Assembly (NCBI GenBank): GCA_934148535.1
Contig: CAKPDF010000001.1
Span: 27,025-91,024 of the forward strand
DNA: 64,000 nt
Reading direction: 5' to 3'
DNA from: an uncultured Bacilli bacterium
GTDB taxonomy: Bacteria > Bacillota_I > Bacilli_A > RF39 > UBA660
Part shown: positions 28,450 to 38,395 of the stretch, piece after piece
Numbering within the stretch: position 1 is the first letter of the stretch
Layout: each line of letters opens with the position of its first letter
Notes under the pieces: model-generated
The model's input: the letters and a program-made list of their open reading frames with translations, nothing else
What the model was told of the DNA's origin: nothing
Databases searched by the model: none
Position numbers and translations under genes: made by a program

Positions 28450-28761
28450 TTATTCCTCCTCTATTATTTCAATATTTTTAGGATAATTACTTCTTATAGT
28501 TTTTAGGGAATTTAACATATTACTCAATAACTTATCAGATATATTATTATGTTTAATAATACTTATATCAATATTATTATCTTTTTGAATTACATCTATA
28601 GTAGATGAGTCCAAAGATAATATTCCATTGATTGTAGTTAATACAGTAGCACTTGCTGCTGCACATACAATATCTTTTCCATATTCAGCGTAATTTGCGT
28701 GTCCTCTAAAAGTTATTTTTTCTATATTATTATCTTTTTTTAATACTTTTATCCTAATCAT
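28450..28761 (-). CDS. prp: ribosomal-processing cysteine protease Prp
   Basis: YsxB/Prp family sequence ([23 protein letters not shown]) lying between rplU and rpmA. Confidence 0.85.
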   Translation of the reverse strand: MIRIKVLKKDNNIEKITFRGHANYAEYGKDIVCAAASATVLTTINGILSLDSSTIDVIQKDNNIDISIIKHNNISDKLLSNMLNSLKTIRSNYPKNIEIIEEE

Positions 28762-28769
28762 TATGTCAC

Positions 28770-29069
28770 CTAGCCAATTTTTTTAATTTCAACTTTTGTA
28801 TATGGTTGACGATGACCTTGTTTTTTTCTAGTACTAGTTTTATTTGGTTTATATGTAAATATTGTTAATTTTTTACCTTTACCATTTTTTAAAACTACAC
28901 CTTCTACTTTTGAACCTTCAACATATGGATTTCCTACAACACCATTAGACATTAGTACTTTGTCAAATACAACTTTTTTTCCTTCTTCTACGTCTAATTT
29001 TTCAACATAAATAATGCTTCCTTCTTCTACGCTGTATTGTTTTCCACCTGTTTCAATAATAGCTTTCAT
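28770..29069 (-). CDS. rplU: 50S ribosomal protein L21
   Basis: [25 protein letters not shown]... Confidence 0.95.
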   Translation of the reverse strand: MKAIIETGGKQYSVEEGSIIYVEKLDVEEGKKVVFDKVLMSNGVVGNPYVEGSKVEGVVLKNGKGKKLTIFTYKPNKTSTRKKQGHRQPYTKVEIKKIG

Positions 29070-29192
29070 ATTTTTACCTCCTTATTTTCATATTGGATTT
29101 AAGACTCGCCTTTAAGGTAGATATAATCTTTTTTTACCTTTTCAGTGCGGTTGAGTTAACAACTCGAGGTTCTTAAAAACATATAAATTTTA
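29070..29192 (-). promoter_or_regulatory. candidate L21 leader / 5' UTR of the rplU-prp-rpmA operon
   Basis: 123-nt untranslated gap with GC-containing stem elements (CCTCGAGTTG...CAACCGCACTG) upstream of rplU. This is the position of the Firmicutes L21 leader. Not verified structurally. Confidence 0.3.
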
Positions 29193-29951
29193 TCATACTT
29201 TTCTATGTAAGTCAAACAAATTGTTTAAAAAGTCTGATTCTTTTTGATATTTTTGGTGATTTTTTATAATATGACTTCTATTTTTATACATTTTCTTTGG
29301 AGAGGATACTATTTTTTTATCTTGGTAACTTATTTTATACAAGTATCTTTCTAGTAAAAATTTATTAAATAGATAATCTAATTCTTTATAAAACATATAT
29401 ATATAATTTAATAATATTGCCATAATCATTATATATGAATAATTATTTTTATATATATTTAATGAAAGTATAAATATTAAAGATATTACTGATATGTATA
29501 AAGTTACTTTGTTAGATGATAAATATGGTATATATTTATTTAGTATTAAGTTTAGTATTTTAGCACCATCTAATGGATAAATTGGTAGAAGATTAAAGAA
29601 AATTAATCTATTATTATAAAGTTTAAATAAATTATATGTATAATACCTTATTACTCCAAATTCATATAGTTTTAATATTATAAGATAAAATATTATTTGA
29701 AATATCATTCCTGACACTGCTATTAATAATTCTTTATTAATATCTTTATTTATTAAATCTTCTATTTTTGTTAGCCCTCCGTAGGGATAAATAATTATTT
29801 TTTTTACATTAAAATGTTGTAATCTTGCTACTAGATAATGACCTAATTCATGAAATATTATAAGAGAAGTAAACGCTATTAAATTTTGATAATATCCTGT
29901 TAGGATAAAGCCTATAGCCATTATTATATAGGTATAATGAAATTTAATCAT
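29193..29951 (-). CDS. M50 site-2 protease family membrane metalloprotease (SpoIVFB-like)
   Basis: The HExxH motif IIFHELGHYL lies in a TM helix. The gene is immediately upstream of rplU, as spoIVFB is in Bacillus. Confidence 0.6.
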   Translation of the reverse strand: MIKFHYTYIIMAIGFILTGYYQNLIAFTSLIIFHELGHYLVARLQHFNVKKIIIYPYGGLTKIEDLINKDINKELLIAVSGMIFQIIFYLIILKLYEFGVIRYYTYNLFKLYNNRLIFFNLLPIYPLDGAKILNLILNKYIPYLSSNKVTLYISVISLIFILSLNIYKNNYSYIMIMAILLNYIYMFYKELDYLFNKFLLERYLYKISYQDKKIVSSPKKMYKNRSHIIKNHQKYQKESDFLNNLFDLHRKV

Positions 29952-30907
29952 TTACTTTCTATTTTTAGCTTTCCTCTATCACATCTATTTCCCCAAGAAT
30001 CTATTATTTTATTATTTTTTGAGACACATATTATTTCGCAGTTATTAGCGCAACGTTTACAATAAATACCTTTTGTTTCAAATTTGATATCTTCTATATT
30101 AAAAGTGAATTCCATTTCTATTTTGCTTTCTTTTGCTAATATTGCTGCTCCTAAAGCACCCATTAAGTGAGAATTTTTGTCTACTATTATTTTTTGTTTA
30201 GTTATATCTTCAAAGGCTTTTATTACTCCTATATTTTTGCTTACTCCTCCTTGAAATACTATTGGTGGTAATATTCTTTTACCTTTGCCTACGTTATTTA
30301 GGTAGTTTGTGGCTACTGCTTTACATAATCCTGCTATTATGTCTTCTTTTTTATGACCTATTTGAGCTTTGTGTACTAAGTCTGATTCGGCAAATACTGT
30401 ACATCTTGCTGCTATATTAGTAGGGTTTTTACTAGTTAGTGCTATTTTGCCAAAGTCTTCTACTTCTACTCCTAATCTTCTAGATTGTGATGATAGAAAT
30501 GAGCCTGTTCCTGCTGCACATAATGTATTCATTGCGTAGTCTGTTACTATTCCATTATCTAATATTATTATTTTTGAGTCTTGACCTCCTATTTCAAATA
30601 TTGTTCTTACGTCTGGTATTATTGAGGTTGTTCCTATCGCGTGGGCTGTTATTTCATTTTTTACTATGCTTGCATTTAGTATTGTTCCGATTAATTTTCT
30701 AGCTGATCCTGTTGTTCCTACTGATACTACTTTGTATTTATTATGATCTAATTGTCCTTTTAAGGAGTGTATTAATTGTTTTACTGCACCTATTGGATTT
30801 CCTTCTGTTTTTAAATAATCACTTGCTAATATATTATTATCTTTATCTATTATTACTCCTTTTGTGCTTATTGATCCTATATCTACTCCTAAATATGTTT
30901 TTTCCAT
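29948..30907 (-). CDS. BadF/BadG/BcrA/BcrD-type ATPase (acyl-CoA dehydratase activase-like) with a Cys-rich C-terminal tail
   Basis: LGVDIGSISTKGVIID and LCAAGTGSFL (HgdC-like) plus a C-terminal CKRCANNCEIICV...CDRG. The stop overlaps the start of the M50 protease gene (ATGA). Confidence 0.55.
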   Translation of the reverse strand: MEKTYLGVDIGSISTKGVIIDKDNNILASDYLKTEGNPIGAVKQLIHSLKGQLDHNKYKVVSVGTTGSARKLIGTILNASIVKNEITAHAIGTTSIIPDVRTIFEIGGQDSKIIILDNGIVTDYAMNTLCAAGTGSFLSSQSRRLGVEVEDFGKIALTSKNPTNIAARCTVFAESDLVHKAQIGHKKEDIIAGLCKAVATNYLNNVGKGKRILPPIVFQGGVSKNIGVIKAFEDITKQKIIVDKNSHLMGALGAAILAKESKIEMEFTFNIEDIKFETKGIYCKRCANNCEIICVSKNNKIIDSWGNRCDRGKLKIESK

Positions 30908-31010
30908 AATATTCCTCTTTTCCTGTTAATTATATGTCTTAATTATTAGAAATATTATTTTGTTTTGTGGTTTACAATACATAATACAAAGAAAAGAACC
31001 AGTTGGTTCT

Positions 31011-31520
31011 TTATATTCTTAGTAATAATAATAATGATATCACATAGGCATTTGGTAACTTACATAGTGCTTTTGAACCATATGAATATGAAAATTCATA
31101 TGTTGCTACTATTTTATCTACAAAACTTACTATCCAAGATTCCATATATTTAGGTACTTTATTGGGTACCAATGGAAACATATGTGCTTCTATAATATTT
31201 TTTTCTCTTTCTGATAAAGTAAAATTTTCCTCGGCATTTGCTAAAGCCTTTTTAGGATGTACAAAAGCACTTATTGTTCTTTCTTTTTTTGTCATGTCTT
31301 TTGTTACAAAGAAATCATGTAATAATCCTGCTCTTGCTACTTCTTTTGTATTTAATAATAATATTTTTGATAATTTGTAAGAATAATATGATACTCTTAA
31401 ACTATGATCTAATCTAGATAGTCCATGATGTACACTACCATCTATTTTTCTAAATTCTTTATTATATAAAATATCATCTACTATATTAAGGTACTCATTA
31501 TCATTATATATTTTTTTCAT
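31011..31520 (-). CDS. HD-domain phosphohydrolase
   Basis: HHGLSRLDHSLRV ... GLLHDF (H..HD motif). Confidence 0.6.
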   Translation of the reverse strand: MKKIYNDNEYLNIVDDILYNKEFRKIDGSVHHGLSRLDHSLRVSYYSYKLSKILLLNTKEVARAGLLHDFFVTKDMTKKERTISAFVHPKKALANAEENFTLSEREKNIIEAHMFPLVPNKVPKYMESWIVSFVDKIVATYEFSYSYGSKALCKLPNAYVISLLLLLRI

Positions 31521-31588
31521 TGTATACTCCTTACTATATATACTAATATGTTATATGCTATTTTATAAGTAGATAACATTACTGTCAT

Positions 31589-32008
31589 CTACTTGTCTAA
31601 CATATTTAATAAGTTAATTTTAAACATATCTTTTTCAGCGTGTGATTTAGATACCATTACGCCTTTATAAGTTGATAATTCTTTTTGATGTCCTTCTGTT
31701 AATATCTCTTCTGGATCTATTGTATCTAGCATTACTATTTTTTGAGTTTCATATACTGTATAATGTAATATTATATCTCCGTGTACTTTAGAAAACATTG
31801 CATCTGTTGGTAATTTTAAGTCGTACTTAAAGATTTTATCTTTTGTATTTTTCGAAGCTATGACGCCATCAAATTTACCTTCTCTAAAGTTTGGATAAAA
31901 ATCAAACATTAGTTTTTTATATGCTAGCATGTTATATTTTTTTACTGCTCTTTCTTTTTTTCTAAATTCATTTTCGTTTAAATATTCAATTACATAAGAA
32001 TTTTTCAT
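31589..32008 (-). CDS. hypothetical protein
   Basis: 139 aa. Only a weak RelE/ParE-like C-terminal resemblance (ILHYTVYETQKIVMLDTIDP), so no call. Confidence 0.3.
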   Translation of the reverse strand: MKNSYVIEYLNENEFRKKERAVKKYNMLAYKKLMFDFYPNFREGKFDGVIASKNTKDKIFKYDLKLPTDAMFSKVHGDIILHYTVYETQKIVMLDTIDPEEILTEGHQKELSTYKGVMVSKSHAEKDMFKINLLNMLDK

Positions 32009-32283
32009 AATAATTCCCCCTATTCTTGTACTACAATATTATCAACCAAACACGCTTATGATTATAGCATATATTGTGTTCTTTGTCAATAGTTTTTGTT
32101 ACTTGTTGTTAATTCAGTTGCTTTTCCCTTATTAATAAAGGGAATAAAAGATAAACATTAAGTAACATCATCAAAATCATTATCTCTACCTATTGTTATT
32201 ATATCATTAATTTTTTAGGGTTACTACTCAAAAATAATTTGTTTACATTTTTTTAGGAAATTTTACATATTCTTCTTTTATAA

Positions 32284-32694
32284 TTATTTATTGGTTTTGA
32301 AGTTTATTTTTATTTCTTCTATTATATGTCCTATGTTACCTTCTCCTGCATATTTTGTTATATCAAAAAAATTATCATTTATATCAATCCATTCTAATTT
32401 ATTAACTTTTTCTATTAACTCAACTTCTTTATTTAAAATTCCATAATATACTTCAATTAATTTATCATATACAATATACTCAATATTCATAAAGTGCGTT
32501 AATTTTATATCAGTGTTATCTATATTTGTTTCTTCTTTTAATTCTCTATATGCTTCATTTAAACCGTCATTATCTTTTTCTATTTTTCCACCAACTAAAT
32601 TTAACATACCTTTATATGGATTTTTAGTTCGTTTACACATTAATGTTCTTTTCATATCTTTACTAAAAATTACTATAACATTATATTTTTTCAT
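32284..32694 (-). CDS. NUDIX hydrolase
   Basis: Nudix box LVGGKIEKDNDGLNEAYRELKEETNI. Confidence 0.7.
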   Translation of the reverse strand: MKKYNVIVIFSKDMKRTLMCKRTKNPYKGMLNLVGGKIEKDNDGLNEAYRELKEETNIDNTDIKLTHFMNIEYIVYDKLIEVYYGILNKEVELIEKVNKLEWIDINDNFFDITKYAGEGNIGHIIEEIKINFKTNK

Positions 32695-32725
32695 TCTTTC
32701 ACCTTTCCTTAATAATTATAATATT

Positions 32726-34069
32726 TTACTTATTAAATTCTTTATTTAATATATCAATATATCGCTTTCTCATATCACTTAGTATTACATCTAATACTTG
32801 AAATGAGATTTCTCTTTCACTTTTATTAGTAGTATCAAACATATGGAAGTTAATATTAAATTTACTTGATAGTTCTTTCATATTTACGAGTGAATTATTA
32901 TATTCGTTGATATTTTTTTCATTTAAAAATGTTCTTTTTTCTAATGATATGTTAGCGGAGTAATCTCTTTTTAATGATGTTAAACTATCGGTGTATAGTC
33001 CTAAAACAATGTTTATTTTATTTTTTATTAGTGGAGTATATTTATTAATATAATTATCATATTCTTCTTTTGTTACTCCGTTTTTGTTATACAGTCTATC
33101 CATCCATATCATTCTATCAAAAAGAGATCTATCAACTAATATAATATCATAATCTTTTGAAACTTCAGTATTTAAATCCTCTAAGACATATTTAGGAATT
33201 TCAGTATTTATAACACTTTTATACTCATTTTTTAATCTAGGATATATATCTTTTTTATATCTTTTGGAAGTAGTAAATTCTTCTAATGTGCTAGTGGTAA
33301 ATCCACCTTTTTTGAAAAAATCATATAAATTATTCATAAGAGTAGTTTTACCTGTTCTTGGAGTACCAGTAAATTCTATTACATATGTTTTATTTTTTTC
33401 TAAAACACTTTTCATTTTATATATTTCTTGTTTTCTATAATGAAATTTTTTTAATTTATTATATTCTTCAATATTATCTGAAAATATTTTTCTTTCCAAT
33501 TCATCATGTTTATTGTCATAAAAAATGTAATCGATAAGTAATTTTAATCTTACGAACATGTCATTTTTTTCATCTTCATTATATATTAGACTATCATATA
33601 CTCCAGTATAGTACCATTTTTGTTTATCAAATCCTCTTTTGAATGCTGAAAAATCTTTTTTTCCGTTTATTTCAAAAATAATTCTCAAATCTTCTAAATT
33701 ACTTATTTTATCAGCACATACTATTGCTTTATGTCTTAAATCTAGTGTCTTTACTTTGGTTATTGTTTCTTGTTTTCTTTCTTCCCAACTTAGACTTTTA
33801 TCTTCTTCTGTTGCTCCTAGTACTAATGAGACTACGTCTTCTCCAAATGATTTTAATAAATCTTCTTTAGTATAGTTTGTATCTTCTATTACATCATGCA
33901 AGTACCCTGCAGCAATAACATTATCGTCAAAATTATATTCTTGTAAGATATTAGCAACGTTTATTGGATGAATAATTTTCGGCTTTTCTTTGTCTGATTT
34001 TCTTATCTGACCAATATGTGCTGTAATTGCAAATGATTTTGCTTTTTCAGTTATTTTCATAAGATTCAC
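32726..34069 (-). CDS. fusion protein: N-terminal HD domain (RelA/SpoT-type (p)ppGpp hydrolase-like) plus C-terminal P-loop nucleoside-kinase-like domain
   Basis: N-terminus: HIGQIRKSDKEKPKIIHPINVA...GYLHDVIEDT. C-terminus: Walker A FTGTPRTGKTTL and a DRSLFDR motif reminiscent of the deoxynucleoside kinase ERS motif. Confidence 0.55.
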   Translation of the reverse strand: MNLMKITEKAKSFAITAHIGQIRKSDKEKPKIIHPINVANILQEYNFDDNVIAAGYLHDVIEDTNYTKEDLLKSFGEDVVSLVLGATEEDKSLSWEERKQETITKVKTLDLRHKAIVCADKISNLEDLRIIFEINGKKDFSAFKRGFDKQKWYYTGVYDSLIYNEDEKNDMFVRLKLLIDYIFYDNKHDELERKIFSDNIEEYNKLKKFHYRKQEIYKMKSVLEKNKTYVIEFTGTPRTGKTTLMNNLYDFFKKGGFTTSTLEEFTTSKRYKKDIYPRLKNEYKSVINTEIPKYVLEDLNTEVSKDYDIILVDRSLFDRMIWMDRLYNKNGVTKEEYDNYINKYTPLIKNKINIVLGLYTDSLTSLKRDYSANISLEKRTFLNEKNINEYNNSLVNMKELSSKFNINFHMFDTTNKSEREISFQVLDVILSDMRKRYIDILNKEFNK

Positions 34070-34123
34070 TTCCTTTACTATTTCTTTATTTTTATTTTAT
34101 CATATATTACCACTTATATAAAG

Positions 34124-34150
34124 AAAAAAGCTAAGGCATTTCTACCTTAG
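34124..34150 (-). terminator. terminator after ppdK
   Basis: Minus-strand hairpin CTAAGG-TAGAAATG-CCTTAG followed by TTTTTTC. Confidence 0.5.
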
Positions 34151-34160
34151 TTTAGTCTTG

Positions 34161-36791
34161 TTAATTATTATTTTTTTCTTTTATAACGGCCCATGCTGCT
34201 GCTAGTCTTGCTACTGGGACTCTAAATGGGGAACAAGATACATAATCTAAGCCTATTTGATGACAGAATTCTACTGAATTTGGTTCTCCTCCATGTTCTC
34301 CACATATACCTAAGCTGATGTCTGGTCTTGTTTTTCTTCCTAATTCAGTTGCTATCTTCATCAATTTACCTACACCTTTAGTATCGATTCTTTCAAATGG
34401 ATCTGTTTCAAAGATATTCTTTTTATAGTAATCTGTTAAGAATTTTGAGGAATCATCTCTTGAAAATCCATAAGTCATTTGAGTTAGATCATTAGTTCCA
34501 AATGAGAAGAATTCTGCACTTTCTGCTATCTCATCTGCTAATATTGCTGCTCTAGGTAGTTCTATCATTGTTCCTACTAAATATTTCATTTTTATATTAT
34601 TTTCTTTTAATATTTCATCTATAGTTGTAACTACTATATTTTTAACATAATCTAATTCTTTTTTATCTCCTACTAATGGGATCATTATTTCTGGAGTTAC
34701 TTCTAATCCTTGTTTCTTTACATTGATTGCTGCTTCTATTACTGCTCTTGTTTGCATTACTGCTATTTCTGGGTATGTAACTGCTAATCTACAACCACGA
34801 TGTCCCATCATTGGGTTAAATTCTTTCAATGATTCTATCCTTGTTTTTAATTCTTCATATGTCATATCTAGGCTTTCTGCTAATTTCTTTATTTCATCTT
34901 CTTCTTTTGGTAAGAATTCATGTAATGGTGGATCTAGATATCTTATAACTACTGGATCTCCTTCCATTGCTAAGAATAATTTTTCAAAGTCATCTTTTTG
35001 ATATGGCAATATTTTTGCTAGGGCTTCTTTTCTTTGTTCTTCTGTTTTAGCGGTAATCATTTTTCTGAAATTAAAGATTCTATCTTTATCAAAGAACATG
35101 TGTTCTGTTCTACATAATCCTATACCTTCTGCTCCTAATTTTCTTGCTTGAACGGCATCTTTAGGAGTATCGGCATTTGCTCTTACTTTTAATACTCTAA
35201 CGCTGTCGGCCCATTCCATAAATGTTTTAAAGTCTCCACTTATTTCTACTGGTTTTGTTTTAATTTTTCCAGCATATACATTACCAGTATTTCCATCTAT
35301 TGAAATATAGTCTCCTTCTTTTAATACTAGACCATCACTTGTTGTAATTGTTTTAGCATCTTCATCAATGGTTAATCCTTCACATCCTGCTACACAGCAT
35401 GCTCCCATTCCTCTTGCTACTACTGCAGCGTGTGAAGTTCTTCCACCTCTTATTGTTAATATTCCATTGGCATCTTTCATTCCTTGAATATCTTCAGGAG
35501 ATGTTTCTAGTCTTACTAATATAGAGTCGATGTTATTTTTTCTTGCTTTACTTACGTCTTCTGCTGTAAAGTATATTTTTCCACATCCTGCTCCTGGAGA
35601 TGCTGCTAGACCACTAGCAATTACTTTAGTATTTCGTAATGATTCTTCATCAAATGTTTCGTGTAACAATTGATCTAATTGTTTTGGTTCTACTCTTAAT
35701 AGTGCTTCTTCTTTAGTTATCATATTTTCTTTTACTAGGTCTGTTGCTATTTTTATAGCAGCGGCAGCAGTTCTTTTTCCATTTCTGGTTTGAAGCATAA
35801 ATAATTTTCCGTTTTCAATTGTAAATTCCATATCTTGCATATCTTTATAATGATTTTCTAGGATATTACAAACACTTTCAAATTGTTTGAATATTTCTGG
35901 CATGATATTTTTTAATGTTTCTATACTTTGAGGGGTTCTTACTCCTGCTACTACATCTTCACCTTGGGCATTTATTAGGTATTCTCCATATAGTTTATTT
36001 TCTCCTGTTGCGGGATTTCTAGTGAAGGCTACTCCTGTTCCAGAGTCATCTCCCATATTTCCGTATACCATTTCTTGAATATTTACTGCTGTTCCCCAAG
36101 ATGATGGAATATCATTCATTTTTCTATATATTATAGCTCTTTCATTATTCCATGATCTAAATACTGCAGTTACGGCTTCTATTAATTGAATTTTTGGATC
36201 TTGTGGAAAATCTTCTTTTGATAGCTCTTTATATATGTTTTTAAACTTCTTTGTTATTTCATATAAGTCATCTTCGGTTAATTCTGTATCATATTTTGCA
36301 TGATGCTCTTGTTTGTATTTATCTAATACTCTTTCAAAAGAACTTTTTGGATAACCTTTTACTACGTCTGCAAACATCATTATAAATCTTCTATATGAGT
36401 CATAAGCAAATCTTTTGTTATTGGTTTCTTTTGCTAGATTTTCTGCTACTATGTCATTTAATCCAAGATTTAGAACTGTATCCATCATTCCTGGCATTGA
36501 TGCTCTAGCACCACTTCTTACTGATACTAGTAAGGGGTTTGTTGTGCTTCCCATAATTTTTCCTGTTTGTTGTTCTAGTTTTTCTAGGGAGGTAAATATT
36601 TGTTCTTTGATTTCTTCTTTTAGTACTTTACCGTCTTCATAGTATTTATTGCAGGCTTCTGTTGTTACAGTGAATCCTTTTGGTACTGGTAGTCCTAGAG
36701 AGGTCATTTCTGCTAAGTTTGCTCCTTTTCCTCCTAGGATTTCTTTCATGTCTTTGTTTCCTTCGTTAAATGAATATACATATTTTGTCAT
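34161..36791 (-). CDS. ppdK: pyruvate, phosphate dikinase
   Basis: PEP-utilising enzyme motifs, including catalytic His GGRTSHAAVVARG and the C-terminal TIM barrel. Start taken at the MTKYVYSF Met. Confidence 0.95.
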   Translation of the reverse strand: MTKYVYSFNEGNKDMKEILGGKGANLAEMTSLGLPVPKGFTVTTEACNKYYEDGKVLKEEIKEQIFTSLEKLEQQTGKIMGSTTNPLLVSVRSGARASMPGMMDTVLNLGLNDIVAENLAKETNNKRFAYDSYRRFIMMFADVVKGYPKSSFERVLDKYKQEHHAKYDTELTEDDLYEITKKFKNIYKELSKEDFPQDPKIQLIEAVTAVFRSWNNERAIIYRKMNDIPSSWGTAVNIQEMVYGNMGDDSGTGVAFTRNPATGENKLYGEYLINAQGEDVVAGVRTPQSIETLKNIMPEIFKQFESVCNILENHYKDMQDMEFTIENGKLFMLQTRNGKRTAAAAIKIATDLVKENMITKEEALLRVEPKQLDQLLHETFDEESLRNTKVIASGLAASPGAGCGKIYFTAEDVSKARKNNIDSILVRLETSPEDIQGMKDANGILTIRGGRTSHAAVVARGMGACCVAGCEGLTIDEDAKTITTSDGLVLKEGDYISIDGNTGNVYAGKIKTKPVEISGDFKTFMEWADSVRVLKVRANADTPKDAVQARKLGAEGIGLCRTEHMFFDKDRIFNFRKMITAKTEEQRKEALAKILPYQKDDFEKLFLAMEGDPVVIRYLDPPLHEFLPKEEDEIKKLAESLDMTYEELKTRIESLKEFNPMMGHRGCRLAVTYPEIAVMQTRAVIEAAINVKKQGLEVTPEIMIPLVGDKKELDYVKNIVVTTIDEILKENNIKMKYLVGTMIELPRAAILADEIAESAEFFSFGTNDLTQMTYGFSRDDSSKFLTDYYKKNIFETDPFERIDTKGVGKLMKIATELGRKTRPDISLGICGEHGGEPNSVEFCHQIGLDYVSCSPFRVPVARLAAAWAVIKEKNNN

Positions 36792-37017
36792 ATTAAGTAT
36801 CATTCCTTTCTTAGTATACATTTATAGTATAACAGAATGATTTTATTTATTCAAGAAAATTAACTAATATTTACATTTTAGGATTTACAATACACCAGTA
36901 ACTTTTATTTATCTTAATAGTTATTATGGTTACTAATGTAATCTTAATTTTTCATAATTATTAAACTAGCCTATACACTTTTTAAATAGGTACATAATCT
37001 ATTTTAGGAGTGATGAT

Positions 37018-37536
37018 ATGAATAATTATAATTATGGATATATGAGATACTCAGATGATATTTATAATGATAATTTTAATGATGTAAATTATCAATCAGA
37101 TGAGAGAGTCAATTATATGCCTAACATTGATAACTATAAGATTCAATTTATGAATTCTAATACACAAAATACTACTTTGAATAAGCAAGATAATATACTA
37201 GATCCTTATCAAGGATTTATAAGAGGAAATATGTTTTCTAACTTATATGATGGATATAAGAATTATAAAATTTATAATGTTAATTCTACTAATGAGAGAG
37301 AAAATTTACTTAATCAGTGGCAACAATATAATTTTGCTTTAGTAGATTTAAATTTATATTTGGATACTCATCCAAATGATACAAATGCTATAAAATTATA
37401 TAATAATTACAATAATATTTTAAAACAAATATCTAAAAAATATGAAAGTATGTATGGTCCATTAACTGTAAATAGTGATAACAATCAAAATAGTTGGATT
37501 TGGATTAATAGTCCTTGGCCTTGGGAGGAGATTTAA
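37018..37536 (+). CDS. cotJAB: CotJA-like / CotJB-like fused spore coat protein
   Basis: N-part LDPYQGFIRGNMFSNLYDGY (CotJA-like). C-part QWQQYNFALVDLNLYLDTHPNDTNAIKLYNNYN (CotJB: VDFVLVELTLYLDTHPDD). Immediately followed by cotJC. Confidence 0.5.
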   Translation: MNNYNYGYMRYSDDIYNDNFNDVNYQSDERVNYMPNIDNYKIQFMNSNTQNTTLNKQDNILDPYQGFIRGNMFSNLYDGYKNYKIYNVNSTNERENLLNQWQQYNFALVDLNLYLDTHPNDTNAIKLYNNYNNILKQISKKYESMYGPLTVNSDNNQNSWIWINSPWPWEEI

Positions 37537-37537
37537 G

Positions 37538-38098
37538 ATGTTTAAATATGTTAAGAGTTTAGAATATCCAATTAATATAAAAAAGAAAGATTTGAGAATG
37601 GCTAAATATCTAATTACTCAATATGGAGGTGCAAATGGCGAGCTTGCTGCTGCTTGTAGGTATTTAAATCAAAGATTTACTATGCCTGATGATAAAGGAA
37701 AGGCACTTCTTACTGATATTGGTACTGAGGAACTTGCTCATATTGAGATGATTTCTGCTATGGTATATCAACTAATGAAAGATGCTACTTTGGAGGAAAT
37801 AAAACAGGCTGGTTTGGAGTCTAATTACGCTGAACATGGAAAAGACTTATTCCCAACAGATTCTAATGGTGTACCTTTTACAGCATCATATTTTGCCGCG
37901 GTTGGTGATCCTATTGCTGATTTAGTTGAGGATATGGCAGCAGAGCAAAAGGCTAGAGCAATATATGAAAATTTAATTGACTTGACTAATGATCCTGATG
38001 TTATTGGACCTTTACTATTTTTAAGACAAAGAGAGGTAATTCATTTTCAAAGATTTAAAGAATTGTATGAGGAATATTTAAAAAAAGGATATAAATAA
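37538..38098 (+). CDS. cotJC: spore coat protein CotJC (Mn-catalase family)
   Basis: AKYLITQYGGANGELAAACRYLNQRFTMPD...LLTDIGTEELAHIEMI is a close match to the CotJC consensus. Start taken at MFKYV after the cotJAB stop, with a GGGAGGAG RBS. Confidence 0.85.
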   Translation: MFKYVKSLEYPINIKKKDLRMAKYLITQYGGANGELAAACRYLNQRFTMPDDKGKALLTDIGTEELAHIEMISAMVYQLMKDATLEEIKQAGLESNYAEHGKDLFPTDSNGVPFTASYFAAVGDPIADLVEDMAAEQKARAIYENLIDLTNDPDVIGPLLFLRQREVIHFQRFKELYEEYLKKGYK

Positions 38099-38107
38099 AG
38101 AGAATCG

Positions 38108-38395
38108 TTATTGATTCTCTTTTATCTTTTTTAAGATAAAATATTTACAGTCGTTAGCGCAATTCTCTTTTAGATATGTGTCTAGGTTTTTATAATTGTT
38201 TATTTTGTTTGCTTTTTTATTAAGACTATCATAAAATCCTTTTAATCTTAAAGAATTGTATGCTATGTCTCCTACTATATAATCATATGGTGTGAAATAG
38301 TCTGTATAACTTTCTTTTACTTCTTCTTCGTCGTAGGCGTTTTTATAATTTTTTATTAATTCATATTCTGTATTTTCTAATTTTATTTTTTTCAT
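38108..38395 (-). CDS. YutD-family (DUF1027) protein
   Basis: YTDYFTPYDYIVGDIAYNSLRLKGFYD...NCANDCKYFILKK matches the YutD pattern. Confidence 0.55.
   Translation of the reverse strand: MKKIKLENTEYELIKNYKNAYDEEEVKESYTDYFTPYDYIVGDIAYNSLRLKGFYDSLNKKANKINNYKNLDTYLKENCANDCKYFILKKIKENQ

Noticed and set aside
32128-32150. Perfect 7-bp hairpin TTCCCTT-ATTAATA-AAGGGAA in the NUDIX / 139-aa gene spacer
   Set aside because: No U-run follows it on either strand, so it is not a canonical intrinsic terminator. It may be a structural or processing element, but nothing further supports that.
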